This document shows, piece by piece, positions 12,187 to 27,066 of a DNA stretch of 64,000 bases. The notes beneath the pieces were generated by a model. That model did not search any database and was not told the DNA's origin. It was given only the letters and a program-made list of their open reading frames with translations. Position 1 is the first letter of the stretch. Every line of letters begins with the position of its first letter. The stretch covers positions 1 to 64,000 of the forward strand of contig NW_021831864.1 in assembly GCF_006345805.1 (NCBI RefSeq), written 5' to 3'. The translations under genes were made by a program, and so were the position numbers. This stretch comes from Octopus sinensis. Taxonomy: Eukaryota.

Positions 12187-13491
12187 TTTTTTTTTCTTCT
12201 TTCAAATTTGCTTCCATTTCTTGCCGAGTGTCTTCCCGACTCCTAGGGCAAAGAAACTCATAGTGTATATTGGTAGGCCATTAAACCAAACTCAGTAGTT
12301 CGTTCATTTAAAAAATTTTTTTCTTTTTAAGTTAAATTAAAATACATGAGCAGCAACGGTTCTCACATCGACAATACTCTTCTCAATACGTGTGATGTAC
12401 CAGTTAAGACAATCTTTTGCACTTCTTGCAGGGATGGTAAGCCAGGGATCATTCTCATATAATTTTCGGTTCCCTTCTTGATCATTCCTAGTGCTCCTAC
12501 GATCACTGGTATTGTAACCGCCTTGAGATGCCACATTTTCTCAATTTCAATGAGTAGGTCTTTATACTTTCTGAGCTTGTCAAACTCTTTCGCTGAGATA
12601 TTATGATCACAGGGGATGCTCATGTCGATCAATAAGCAAACTTTATTGTTTTGGTCTTTCACAACAATATCTGGTTTATTGGCCTTGATGGTTCGGTCTG
12701 TATGTACTGGAAAGTCCCACAGAATGGTTACATTTTCTCCTTCAGTAACAGCCTCAGGGTGGTGATTATACCACTTGTCGGCAGTTTTGATATTGTAATG
12801 CCGACTTATTAGCCAGTGTAGATATTGGCCAACTCTGTCATGTCTTAATTTATACTCCACTGGTGCTAAGACTTTACATCCAGAGATTAGGTGGTCCACT
12901 GTTTCAATCATGTCGTTGCAGAATCGGCATTTTGGGTCTGCTCCATTTTTCATCACATTGGCCTGGTAGTTCCGGGTTAATAGGCTTTGATCTTGAGCAG
13001 CCAGGATGAAACCTTCGCTCTCTGCTTTTAGCCCTGAGCTCCGTAGCCACTGATGGGCTTGCTTCTGGTCAACATCAGCTTGTTTGCTGCGGGCCACATA
13101 TTTGCCGTGCAGAGGTTTCTCCTCCCACCTATCAGCCAATTGCACGTGCGCTTTTTTCGTTGCCATTATTTTTACCTTCTTTGCAACAATAGTTGCCGTA
13201 CTTCCTCGGGTTGTTCAGTTGGGTATCCTGCACGAGATCAATAGCAAATTTTTTGCTTTCCTTTATTATAGAATGAAGCTTCTTTCGTCTCTCGTGATTT
13301 TCCACGAGCTTTAGCATCCAGTCATTCGTTATTTCGAGATATTTGGCCAGTCCAATTGTGGTTGTTTTGTAAACTAGTTCAAATTGGATCAGGCCTCGAC
13401 CTCCTTGGGCTCTGGGAAGGTAAAGGCGATCTATGTCTGCCTTTGGGTGGTGCATCCTATTACAACTCAGCAGCTTGCGTATTTTCCTATC
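12187..13491 (-). mobile_element. 5'-truncated R4/Dong-clade non-LTR retrotransposon with RLE endonuclease, copy 1
   Basis: Encodes DRKIRKLL..HHPKADIDRLYLPRAQGGRGL (post-RT region), CRFC..ETVDHLISGC zinc knuckle, RHD, KPDIVV, IDMSIP and KLRKY RLE motifs. The 3' UTR ends in a short A-run joined to (TAA)n, and (TAA)n also flanks the 5' break. Confidence 0.9.
12363..13455 (-). pseudogene. Frameshifted C-terminal part of R4/Dong ORF (track ORFs 13132-13455 and 12363-13166)
   Basis: Two overlapping frames join into one post-RT/CCHC/RLE protein end, with a frameshift near 13200-13225. Confidence 0.85.
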
Positions 13492-13519
13492 TTATTATTA
13501 TTATTATTATTATTATTAC

Positions 13520-14538
13520 TTTTTTTTTTCTTCTTTCAAATTTTCTTCCATTTCTTGCCGAGTGTCTTCCCGACTCCTAGGGCAAAGAAACTCATAGTGT
13601 ATATTGGTAGGCCATTAAACCAAACTCAGTAGTTCGTTCATTTAAAAAAATTTTTTTTTTTTTAAGTTAAATTAAAATACATGAGCAGCAACAGTTCTCA
13701 CATCGACAATGCTCTTCTCAATACGTGTGATGTACCAGTTAAGACAATCTTTTGCACTTCTTGCAGGGATGGTAAGCCAGGGATCATTCTCATATAATTT
13801 TCGGTTCCCTTCTTGATCATTCCTAGTGCTCCTACGATCATTGGTATTGTAACCACCTTGAGATGCCACATTTTCTCAATTTCAATAAGTAGGTCTTTAT
13901 ATTTTCTGAGCTTGTCAAACTCTTTCGCTGAGATATTATGATCACAGGGGATGCTCATGTCGATCAATAAGCAAACTTTATTGTTTTGGTCTTTCACAAC
14001 AATATCTGGTTTATTGGCCTTGATGGTTCGGTCTGTATGTACTGGAAAGTCCCACAGAATGGTTACATTTTCTCCTTCAGTAACAGCCTCAGGGTGGTGA
14101 TTATACCACTTGTCGGCAGTTTTGATATTGTAATGCCGACTTATTAGCCAGTGTAGATATTGGCCAACTCTGTCATGTCTTAATTTATACTCCACTGGTG
14201 CTAAGACTTTACATCCAGAGATTAGGTGGTCCACTGTTTCAATCATGTCGTTGCAGAATCGGCATTTTGGGTCTGCTCCATTTTTCATCACATTGGCTTG
14301 GTAGTTCCGGGTTAATAGGCTTTGGTCTTGAGCAGCCAGGATGAAACCTTCGCTCTCTGCTTTTAGCCCTGAGCTCCGCAGCCACTGATGGGCTTGCTTC
14401 TGGTCAACATCAGCTTGTTTGCTGCGGGTCACATATTTGCCGTGCAGAGGTTTCTCCTCCCACCTATCAGCCAATTGCTCGTGCGCTTTTTTCATTGCCA
14501 TCATTTTCACCTTCTTTGCAACAATAGTTGCCGTACTT
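13520..14538 (-). mobile_element. 5'-truncated R4/Dong-clade retrotransposon, copy 2
   Basis: Near-identical to 12187-13203, with a different 5' truncation point and (TAA)n on both sides. Confidence 0.9.
13698..14510 (-). pseudogene. Open C-terminal R4/Dong ORF fragment (CCHC + RLE, 270 aa)
   Basis: ORF track translation has the CRFC...HLISGC, RHD, KPD and K..KY motifs, but no RT core. Confidence 0.85.
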
Positions 14539-14851
14539 TGTTATTATTATTATTGTTATTATTATTATTATTATAATTATTGTTATTATAATTATTGTTT
14601 TTATTATCATTGTTATTAATATCATTGTTATTATTATCATTGTTATTATTATCATTAATATTATCATCATTGTTATTATTATCATTGTTTTATTATCATT
14701 GTTATTATTATCATTGTTATTGTTATCATTGTTATTATTATCATTGTTATTATTATCATTGTTATTATTATCGTTGTTGTTATTATTATTGTTATTATTA
14801 TTATTATTTTTGTTATTATTATTATCAATATTATTATTATTATTGTTATTT

Positions 14852-14943
14852 CATAAACAACCTTGCCCGGACTTGTGTCTAGGAAGGCAACTTTCTAGGT
14901 GCAATCCCATGGTCATTCAAGACCGAAGAGGGTCTTTACCTCT
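14852..14943. mobile_element. Short interspersed repeat fragment embedded in (ATT)n
   Basis: A ~90 bp island of normal complexity (CATAAACAACCTTGCCCGGACTTGTG...GGGTCTTTACC) inside the microsatellite; family unassigned. Confidence 0.45.
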
Positions 14944-15851
14944 TTATTATTATTATTGTTATTATTACTGTTATTATTATTATTGTTATTATTATAATTG
15001 TTATTATTATTATTATTAATATTATTATTATTACTACTTCTACTACTACTATTATTATTATTATTATTAATATTATTAATATTAATATTATTATTATTAT
15101 TGTTATTACTATTATTGTTATTAATATTATTGTTATTATTATTATTGTTATTATTATTATTGTTATCATTATTTTTGTTATTATTATTATTGTTAATATG
15201 ATCATTGTTATTATTATTATTGTTATTATTATTATTATTATTATTACTACTACTACTACTACTGCTATTATTACTATTATTATTATTCTTTTTATTCTTC
15301 TTCTTATTATTATTATTACTATTATTATTATTACTATTATCATTATTACTATAATTATTATTATTATAATTCTTATTCTTAATCTTATTATCATTTTTAT
15401 TATAATTATTATTGTACTTATTACTATTATTCTTCTTATTCTTATTCTTTTTATTCTTATTATTATTTTCATTATCATTATTATTAGTATTCTTAATATA
15501 TTAGTATTATTATTCTTATTATTGTTATTATTATTCGTATTATAATTCTTCGTCTTCTTCTTATTATTATTATAATTATTATTCGTCTTATTATTATTAC
15601 TTTCATTATTATTCTTATTGTTGTTATTATAATTATTATTCTTATTATTCTTCTTCGTCTTATTATTGTTATTATTATGATTCTTATTCCTCTTCTTCTT
15701 CTTCTTCTTCTTATTATTATTATTATTATTCTTAATCTTATCATTATTGTTATTATTACTATTATTATTGTTATTATTACTATTATTCTTATTCTTCTAA
15801 TTATTATTAATCTTATTATAATTATTATTGTTATTATTACTATTATTATTA

Positions 15852-15883
<32 letters not shown>

Positions 15884-17167
15884 GTTGTTATTATTATTAT
15901 TATTATTATTCTTATTATTATTATTATTATTATTTTCATTATTATTATTCTTCTTATTATTTTTTTATTATTATTATGACTATTATTCTTCCTATAATTA
16001 TTATTATTATTATTATTATATTATTCTTCTTATTTTTTTTATTATTATTATTATTATTCTTATTATAAATCTTATTATTCTCATTATTATTATTATTATT
16101 ATCATTATTATTATTATTATTATAAATCTTATTACTCTTATTTTTCTTATTCTAATTATTATTATTATTATTCATCTTCTTCTTCTTAGTATTATTATTT
16201 TTCCCATTATTACTATTATTATTAAAATTCTTCTCTCTTATTATATTATTATTATTAATTTTCTTATAATTATTTTATTATTATTATTATTATTCTTATT
16301 CTTCTATTATTTTTTATTATTATTCTTATTATAATTATTATTATTATTATATTTTCTTTTTATTCTTATTCTTATTATTATTATTATTATTTTTTCATAT
16401 TATTATTATTACTATTATTATTATTATATAATATTATTCTTCTTTTTATTATTTTATTATTATTTTATTATTATTATTATTATTATAAATCTTATTATTC
16501 TCATAATTTTTATTATTATTATTATTATATTTATCTTCTTTTCTTCTTTTTCTTAGTATTATTATTCTTTTTATTTTTATTCTTCCTATTATTATTATTA
16601 TTCTTAAAATTCTTCTCCTTATTATTATTATATTTCTTCTTATTATTCTTATAATTCTTCTTCTTCTTATTATTATTATTATTTTTCTTCGTCTTATTAT
16701 TATTATCTTATACTTCTTCTTATCATTATTATTATTATTCTTCCTATTATTATTATTAATCTTAACATTCTTCTCCTTATTATTATTATTATTATTATTA
16801 TTATTCTTATTATCATTAATATTATTATTATTTTTATTTCTATTCTTATTATTATATCTTATTCTTCTTCTTATTATTATCATTATTTTTTATTATAATT
16901 ATTATTATTAAATTTTTCTTATTATTCATCTTCTTTCTTCTTCTTCTTCTCTTCGTATTATTATTATTATTATTATTATTATATTATTATTATGATTATT
17001 ATTATTCTTAATCTTATTATTATTTTATCATTATTATTATTGTTTTATTACTATTATTCATCTTATTATTATTATTATCATTTTTATTATTATGATTATT
17101 ATTTTTATTTTTTATATTATTGTTATTATTCTTCTTATTCTTTTTATTCTTATTAATATTATTTTTA

Positions 17168-17208
<41 letters not shown>

Positions 17209-17749
17209 CTTCTTTGTATTATTATTCTGATTATTATTATTATTCCTATTATTATTATTATTCTTATAATTCTTCTCCTTATTATTATTCTTATTCTTAT
17301 TATTCTTATTATTATTATTCTTCTTATTATTATTGTCATTATTATTAATCTTTTTCTTCTTATTATTATTATTATCTTCTTCTTCTTATTATTATTAATA
17401 TTATTCTTATTATAATTATTCTTCTTCTTATTCTTGTTCTTGTTATTATTATTCATCTTATTAATTATTATTATTATTATTCTTCTTATTATTGTTATTA
17501 TAATTATTATTCTTATTATTCGTCTACTTATTATTATTATTCTTATTTTTCTTCTTCATCATCTTATTATTATTATTATTATTATTATTATTGTGATTCT
17601 TATGCCTCGTCTTCTTCTTCTTCTTCTTATTATTATTATTATTATTATTATTATTCTTACTCTTATTATTATTATTATTTTTATTGTTATTATTACTATT
17701 ATTCTCCTTATTATTTTTCTTCTTATTATTATTCTTTTTATTCTTCTTC

Positions 17750-17784
<35 letters not shown>

Positions 17785-19611
17785 ATTATTATTATTATTC
17801 GTCTTCGTCTTATTATTATTACTATTATTCTCCTTCTTCTTCTTATTATTATTATTCTTATTCTTCTTTATCTTATTATAATTTTTATATTATTATTGTT
17901 ATTATTACTATTCTTATTCTTCTTCTTATTATTATTATTATTATTCTTATTATTCTTTTTATGCTTATTATTATCATTTTTCATCTTATTATTCTTATTA
18001 TTATCCTTCTTATTTTTTTTTATTATTATTATTATTCCTATTATTATTATTATTATTGTTATTATATTATTCTTATTATTATTATTATAATTATTATTCT
18101 TATTATATATCTTATTATTCTCATTATTATAATTCTTCTTCTGTTTATTATTGTTATAATTATTATTATTAATATTATTACTCTTATTATTCTTATTCTT
18201 ATTCTTCTTCTTATTATTATTATTATTCCTATTATTATTATTATTTTTCTTCTTCTTCTTCTTCTTCTTATTATTATTATTATTATTATTTTCATTATTA
18301 ATATTATTATTACTATTTTTCTTCTTATTCTTCTTCTTATTAGTATTATATTATCAATATTCTTATTCTTCTTCTTATTATTATTGTTATCATTATTATT
18401 CTTGTTCTTATTTGTCTTATTATTAAACTTAATATTATTTTTACTATTATTATTTTTGTTATTATTACTTTTATTCTTCTTATTAGTATTCTTATTATTA
18501 TTCTTATTCTTTTTATTCTTCTTATTAATATTTTTATTATTATTATTCTTATCATTATTATTATTATTATTTTAATATTGTAAATATTATTATTATTCTT
18601 ATTCTTCTTATTTTTTTATTCTTTTTATGATTTTTCTTATTCTTATTCTTCTTGTTATTATTATTATTAGTTTAATTATTATTATCAATATTGTCATTAT
18701 TATTCTTCCTCTTCTTCTTCTTATTACTTTTTATTGTTATTATTATTATTATTATTATTATTCTTAATATTCTTCTTCTTATTATTATTTTTCTTCTTCT
18801 TATTCTTCTCCTTCTTCTTCTTATTATTTTTATTATTATTATTATTATTCTTTCTATTCTTCTTATGATTTTTATTAATATTATTATTTTTATTATTATT
18901 CTTATTCTTATTATTATTATTATTATTTGTCTTATTATTATTATTATTATCATTAATATTACTACCATTCTTATTCTTCTTATCATTATTATGATTATTA
19001 TTATAATTATTATTCTTTTTATTCATCTTCCTCTTCTTCTTCTCATTATATTTATTATTATTCTTCGTATTATGATTATTATTCCTATTATTTTTATTAT
19101 TATTATTCTTATTCTTAATCTTATTATTAGTTTTATTATTTTTATTATTTTTATTCTTACTATTATTCTTATTATTATTCTTCTTATTCTTTTTCTTCTT
19201 CTTATAATTATTTTTATTATTGTTATTATTATTATTATTATTATATTCTTCTTCTTCTTAATATTATTCTACTTCTACTTCTTCTTCTTATTATTATTAT
19301 TCTTCGTCTTATCATTATTATTATTATTATTCTTAATATTATTTGTATTATTATTATTATTATTATCATTATTTTTCTAATTCTTCTTCTTATTATTATT
19401 TTTATTATTAATATTATTATTATTATTCTTACTATTCTTATTATACTTATTTTCTTCTTATTATTATTATTCTTAGTATTATTCCTATTCTTCTTCTTCT
19501 TATTATTATTTTTATTATTATTATTATTATTACTATTATTAGTATCATTATTATTATTATTTTTATTATTGTTATTCTCTTTCTTCTTAATCTTATTATT
19601 ATTTTTATTAC

Positions 19612-19649
<38 letters not shown>

Positions 19650-19894
19650 TCATTCTTTTTATTCTTCTTCTTATTATCATTATTATTATTATTCTTATTA
19701 TTATTCTTCTTCTGATTATTATTATTATTGTTATTATTATTATTATTATTAATATTATCATTATTATTATTATTATTATTCTTATTCGACTTATTAATAT
19801 TAAACTTAATATTATTATTTATCTTATTATTGTTATTATCACTATTATTCTCATTATTATTATTATTATTATTATTCTTTTTATTCTTCTTATT

Positions 19895-20070
19895 CATCAT
19901 CATCATCATTTAACGTCCGCTTTCCATCCTAGCATGGGTTGGACGGTTCAACTAGGGTCTGGGGAGCCTGAAGGCTGCACCACGCCAGTCATATCTGGCA
20001 GTGTTTCTACAGCTGGATACCCTTTCTAACGCTAACCACTCCGAGAGTGTAGTGAGTGCTTTTACGTGTC
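19895..20070 (-). mobile_element. Family C retroposon 3' fragment with (GAT)n tail
   Basis: CATCATCATTTAACGTCCGCTTTCCAT...GCTGGATACCCTTTCTAACGCTAACCACTCC; homologous to the copies at 38697, 45549 and 63095. Confidence 0.8.
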
Positions 20071-20402
20071 AATTATTTTTATCATCATTATTCTTTTTAT
20101 TGTTATATTATTATTTAAATATTATTAGTATTATTTTTATTCTTCTTCTTATTATTATTTTTATTATTATTATTACTATTATTCTCATTCTTTCTATTCT
20201 TCTTATTATTATTTTATTATTATTCTTCTTCTTCTTCTTCTTCTTCTTATTATTATTATTATTATAATTGGTATTCTTATTCTCCTTCTTCTTCGTATTC
20301 TTCTTCTTATTATTATTATTATTATTCGTCTTATGATTATTATTATCATTATTATTATTACTATTCTTATTCTTCTTCTCATTATTATTATTATTATTCT
20401 TC

Positions 20403-20440
<38 letters not shown>

Positions 20441-21162
20441 CTTATTATTATTTTTATTATTGTTATTATTACTATTATTTTTATTATTATTATTATTATT
20501 CTTTTTATTCTTCTTCTTATTATTTTTATTATTATTTTTCTTATTATTATTCTTATTCTACTTCTACTTCTTCTTCTGATTATTATTAGTCTTATTATTA
20601 TTATTATTATTATTATTAGAATTATTCTTATTCTTAATCTTAATATTTTTTTTATTATTATTGTTATTGCTATTATTACTATTATTCTTATTTTTATTCT
20701 TATTATAATTATTATATTATTATTATTCTTTTCATTCTTCTTATTTTTATTATTCTTATTCTTATCATTATTATTATTATTATTATTCTGAATATTATTA
20801 GTATTATTATCATTATTATTATTATTATTATGATTTTTCTTATTCTTCTTTTTATTATAAGTTTTATTATTAATATTATTATTATTATTATTCTTATTAT
20901 TCTTATTATAATTATTTTTTCTTCTTATTATTATAATTATTCTTATTATTATTCCTATTCTTCTTCTTCTTATTATTATTTTTGTTATTATTATAATTAT
21001 TATTACTATTATTTTTATCATTATTATTATTACTATTCTTATTATTCTTCTTCTTATTATTATTTTATTATTGTTATTCTTTTTTTCTTAATCTTATTAT
21101 TAATTTTATTATTACTATTATTATTATTATTATTCTCATTCTTTTTTTTCTTCTTCTTCTTC

Positions 21163-21196
<34 letters not shown>

Positions 21197-21321
21197 GTTA
21201 TTAGTATTATTATTATTATAATTCTTATTCTTCTTCTTCTTATTATTATTATTATTATTATTATTCATCTTCTTCTTCATCTACTTATTCTTCTTCTTCT
21301 TCGTATTATTATTATTATTCT

Positions 21322-21354
<33 letters not shown>

Positions 21355-21420
21355 TATTAATCTTATTATATTTATCATTATTACTATTGTTATTATTACT
21401 ATTATTCATATAATATTATT

Positions 21421-24400
21421 TTTGGATAAAATTCTCGAAAAATTTCGGTGTAAATTTTCCGTGCAAACTTTCGAAAAATTTTTGGGTAAAATTTTCGGCA
21501 AAAATTTTCGAAAATTTCGGTGAAAATTTTTGGCCAAAATTTTCGATAAATTTTTGGGTAAAATTTTCGGCAAGAATATTCGAAAAATTTCGGTGCAATT
21601 TTGGGGTAAAATTTTCCGAAAAAATTTTGTAAAAATTTCGGTGAAAATTTTTGGGTAAAATTTCCGGCAAGAATTTTCGAAAAATTTCTGTGAAAATTTT
21701 TGAAAAATTTGTGGGTAAAACTTTCGGCAAGAATTTTCAAAAAATTTCGTTGAAAATCTTTGGGTAAACTTTTCGGCAAAAATTCTTTGGGAAATTTGAA
21801 AATTTTGGAAAAATTCTTGGTAAAATTTTCGAAAAATTTCGTTGGAAATTTTTGGGTAAAATTTTTCTCAAAAATTTGCACGGAAAATTTGGTTGAAAAT
21901 TTTTGGGCAAAATTTTCGGCAAAGATTTTCGAAAAATTTCGGTGAAAATTCGTGGTAAAACTTTCGGCAAGAATTTTCGAAAAATTTCGGTGAAATTTTT
22001 GGGTAAAATTTTCGGCAACAATTTTCGAAAAAATTTTCGTGAAAATTTTTCAAAAATTTTTGGGTAAAATTTTCCGAAAAATTTCGGTGAAAATTTTTGG
22101 GTACAATTTTCAAAATATTTGTGGGTAAAATTTTACCCAAAAAGAGAATTTTCGAAAAATTTCCGTAAAAATTTTTCGGTAAAATTTTCGGCAACAATTT
22201 TCGAAAAATTTTTGGGTAAAATTTTCGGCAAAAATTTTCGAAAAATTTTTGGGTAAAATTTTCGGCAAAAATTTTCGAAATATTTCGGTGAAAATTTTTG
22301 GGTAAAATTTCGAAAACTTTGTGGGTAAAATTTTCGGCAGGAATTTTCGAAAAATTTAGGTGAAATTTTTTGGGCAAAATTTTCGATAGATTTTTGGGTA
22401 AAATTTTCGGCAAGAATTTTCGAAAAATTTCGGTGAAATTTTTTGGGTAAAATTTTCGGAAATTTTTATTATTCTTCTTGTAATTATTTTTATTATTATC
22501 TTTCTTTTTATTCTTATTATTCTTATTATTATTATTTCATTATTATTATTACTATTATTATTATATTATTCTTATTGTTCTGCTTTTTATTATTTTTTTA
22601 TTATTATTATTATTATTAATTTATTATTATTATTATATTATGCTTATTATTATTTATCTTCTTCTTCTTCTTAGTATTATTATTCTTATTATTATTATTT
22701 TCTTTGTCTTATTATTATTATCTTATTCTTTTTTTTTCTCTTATTATTATTTTTTCTTCTTCTTCTTATTATTATTATTTTTTTATTAATATTATTATTA
22801 CAATTTTTCTTCTTATTATTTTCTTAATATTCTTATTAATATTCTTCTTCTTATTATTTTATTAATTATTCTTGTTCTTCTTATTCATCTAATTATTATA
22901 TATTATTATTTTTATCATTATTATTATTCTTGTTCTTCTTCTTCTCATTCGTCTTATTATTATTATTATTTTTTTATTATTATTATTATTATTATTCTCT
23001 TTATTATTCTTATTCTTCTTATTATTATTATTCTTATTAATATTATTAGTATATTATTATTATTATATTATTATAATCTTATTATTATCGGTGTTATTAT
23101 TACTATTATTCCTTATTATTATTATTATTATTATTATTATTTTGGGTAAAATATTCGGTAAGAATTTTCCAAAAATTTCGTTGAAAATTTTTGGGTAAAA
23201 TTTTCGGCAAAAATTTTCGAAATATATCGGTGAAAATTTTTGGGTAAAATTTTCGAAAAATTCTTTGGGAAAATTTGAAAATTTTGAAAATTTTTGGGAA
23301 AATTTTCGTGGAAAATTTTTTCTTCGTCTTATCATTATTATCTTATTCTTATTCTACTTCTTCTTATTATTATTTTATTATTCTTCTTCTTATTATTATT
23401 ATTTTTATTATTAATATTATTATACAATTTTTCTTATTATTATTATTCTTAATATTCTTATTAATATATTCTTCTTCTTATTTTTATTATTCTTATTCTT
23501 GTTCTTCTTATTCATCTTATTATTATTATCATTATTATTATTCTTGTTCTTTCTTCTTATTCATCCTATTATTATTATTATTATTATCATTATTCTCTTT
23601 ATTATTCTTATTCTTCTTCTTATTATTATTCTTACTAATATTATTAGTATTATTATTATTATTCTTCTTCTTATTATATTATTATTATTCTTAATCTTAT
23701 TATTATTATTATTATTATTATCGGTGTTATTATTACTATTATTCCTTATTATTATTATTACTATTTTGGGTAAAATTTTCGGCAAGAATTTTCGAAAAAT
23801 TTCGTTGAAAATTTTTCGGTAAAATTTTCGGCAAAAATTTTCGGAATATATCGGTGAAAATTTTTGGGTAAAATTTTTGAAAAATTTGTGGGTAAAACTT
23901 TCGGCAAGAATTTTTTTAAAATTTGTTCAAATTTTTGGGTAAACTTTTCGGCAAAAATTCTTTGGGAAAATTTGAAAATTTTGGAAAAATTCTTGGTAAA
24001 ATTTTCGAAAAATTTCGTTGGAAATTTTTGGGTAAAATTTTTCTCAAAAATTTGCACGGAAAATTTGGTTGAAAATTTTTGGGCAAAATTTTCGGCAAAG
24101 ATTTTCGAAAAATTTCGGTGAAAATTTGTGGGTAAAACTTTCGGCAAGAATTTTCGAAAAATTTCGGTGAAAATTTTTGGGTAAAATTTTCGGCAACAAT
24201 TTTCGAAAAAATTTTCGTTAAAATTTTTCAAAAATTTTTGGGTAAAATTTTCCGAAAAATTTCGGTGGTGAAATTTTTGGGTACAATTTTCAAAATATTT
24301 GTGGGTAAAATTTTACCCAAAAAGAGAATTTTCGAAAAATTTCCGTAAAAATTTTTCGGTAAAATTTTCGGCAACAATTTTCGAAAAATTTTTGGGTAAA

Positions 24401-27035
24401 ATTTTCGGCAAAAATTTTCGAAAAATTTTTGGGTAAAATTTTCGGCAAAAATTTTCGAAATATTTCGGGTTGAAAATTTTTGGGTAAAATTTTCGAAAAC
24501 TTTGTGGGTAAAATTTTCGGCAGGAATTTTCGAAAAATTTAGGTGAAATTTTTTGGGCAAAATTTTCGATAGATTTTTGGGTAAAATTTTCGGCAAGAAT
24601 TTTCGAAAAATTTCGGTGAAATTTTTTGGGTAAAATTTTCGGAAATTTTTATTATTCTTCTTGTAATTATTTTTTATTATTATCTTTCTTTTTATTCTTA
24701 TTATTCTTATATTATTATTTCATTATTATTACTATTATTATTATTATATTATTCTTATTGTTCTACTTTTTATTATTTTTATTATTATTATATTATTATT
24801 AATATTATTATTATTATTATTATGCTTATTATTATTTATCTTCTTCTTCTTCTTAGTATTATTATTCTTATTATTATTATTTTTCTCTTGTCTTATTATT
24901 ATTATTATTCTTTTTCTTCTTTATTATTATTATTTTTTATTCTTCTTCTTCTTCTTATTATTATTATTTTTATTATTAATATTATTATTACAATTTTTCT
25001 TCTTATTATTATTCTTAATTTCTTATTAATATTCTTCTTCTTCTTCTTATTATTATTATTCTGTTCTTCTTATTCATCTAATTATTATTATTATTATTAT
25101 TATTATCATTATTATTATTCTTGTTCTTCTCATTCGTCTTATTATTATTATTATTATTTTTATTATTATTATTATTATTATTCTCTTTATTATTCTTATT
25201 CTTCTTATTATTATTATTCTTATTAATATTATTAGTATTATTATTATTATTATTATTATTAATCTTATTATTATCGGTGTTATTATTACTATTATTCCTT
25301 ATTATTATTATTTTTATTATTATTTTGGGTAAAATATTCGGTAAGAATTTTCCAAAAATTTCGTTGAAAATTTTTGGGTAAAATTTTCGGCAAAAATTTT
25401 CGAAATATATCGGTGAAAATTTTTGGGTAAAATTTTCGAAAAATTCTTTGGGAAAATTTGAAAATTTTTGAAAATTTTTGGGAAAATTTTCGTGGAAAAT
25501 TTTTTCTTCGTCTTATCATTATTATCTTATTCTTATTCTACTTCTTCTTATTATTATTTTTATTATTCTTCTTCTTATTATTATTATTTTTATTATTAAT
25601 ATTATTATTACAATTTTTCTTATTATTATTATTCTTAATATTCTTATTATATTCTTCTTATTATTATTATTATTCTTATTCTTGTTCTTCTCATTCGTCT
25701 TATTATTATTATTATCATTATTATTATTCTTGTTCTTCTTATTCATCCTATTATTATTATTATTATTATTATCATTATTCTCTTTATTATTCTTATTCTT
25801 CTTATTATTATTATTCTTACTAATATTATTAGTATTATTATTATTATTCTTCTTCTTATTATTATTATTATTATTCTTAATCTTATTATTATTATTATTA
25901 TTATTATCGGTGTTATTATTACTATTATTCCTTATTATTATTATTACTATTTTGGGTAAAATTTTCGGCAAGAATTTTCGAAAAATTTCGTTGAAAATTT
26001 TTCGGTAAAATTTTCGGCAAAAATTTTCGGAATATATCGGTGAAAATTTTTGGGTAAAATTTTTGAAAAATTTGTGGGTAAAACTTTCGGCAAGAATTTT
26101 TTTAAAATTTCGTTCAAAATTTTTGGGTAAACTTTTCGGCAAAATTCTTTGGGAAAATTTGAAAATTTTGGAAAATTTTTGGTAAAATTTTCGAAAAATT
26201 TCGGTGGAAATTTTTGGGTATAATGTTTCCCAAAAATTTGCACGGAAAATTTGCTTGAAAATTTTTAGGCAAAATTTTCGGCAAAGATTGTCGCAAAATT
26301 TCGGTGAAAATTAGTGGGTAAAACTTTCGGCAATAATTTTCGAAAAATTTCGGTGAAAATTTTTGGGTAAAATTTTCGGCAAGAATTTTCGAAAAAATTT
26401 TGGTGAAAATTTTTCAAAACTTTTTGGGTAAAATTTTCGGCAAAAATTTCCGAAAAATTTCGGTGAAAATTTTTGGGTACAATTTTCGAAATATTTGTGG
26501 GTAAAATTTTCGGCAAGAATTTTCGAAAAATTACGGTAAAAATTTTTGGGTAAAATTTTCGGCTAGAATTTTCGAAAAATTTTTGGGTAAAATTTTCGGT
26601 AAAAATTATCGGAAAATTTTTGAGTAAAATTTTCGAAAAAGTTTGGTGAAAATTTTCCAAAAATTTTTGGGTAAAATTTTCGGCGAGAATTTTCAAAAAA
26701 TTTCGGTGAAAATTTTTGGGCAAAATTTTCGATAGATTTTTGGGTAAAATTTTCGGCAAGAATTTTCGAAAAATTTCGGTGAAATATTTGGGTAAAATTT
26801 TCGGAAATTTTTATTCTTCTTCTTATTATTATTTTTATTCTTCTTCTTATTATTATTATTATTTTTATTATTATATTATTATTACAATTTTTCTTCTTAT
26901 TATTATTCTTAATATTCTTATTAATATTCTTCTTCTTATTATTATTATTATTATTATTTTTATTCTTCTTCTTCTTCTTATTATTATATTATTATTTTTA
27001 TCATTATTATTATTCTTGTTCTTCTCATTCGTCTT

Positions 27036-27066
<31 letters not shown>

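Larger units (their letters stand above)
14539..21420. repeat. ~7 kb degenerate (ATT/CTT/GTT)n low-complexity array
   Basis: Continuous NTT triplet periodicity, T-rich on +, with recurring longer words such as ATTCTACTTCTACTTCTTC near 19265 and 20555. Confidence 0.95.
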
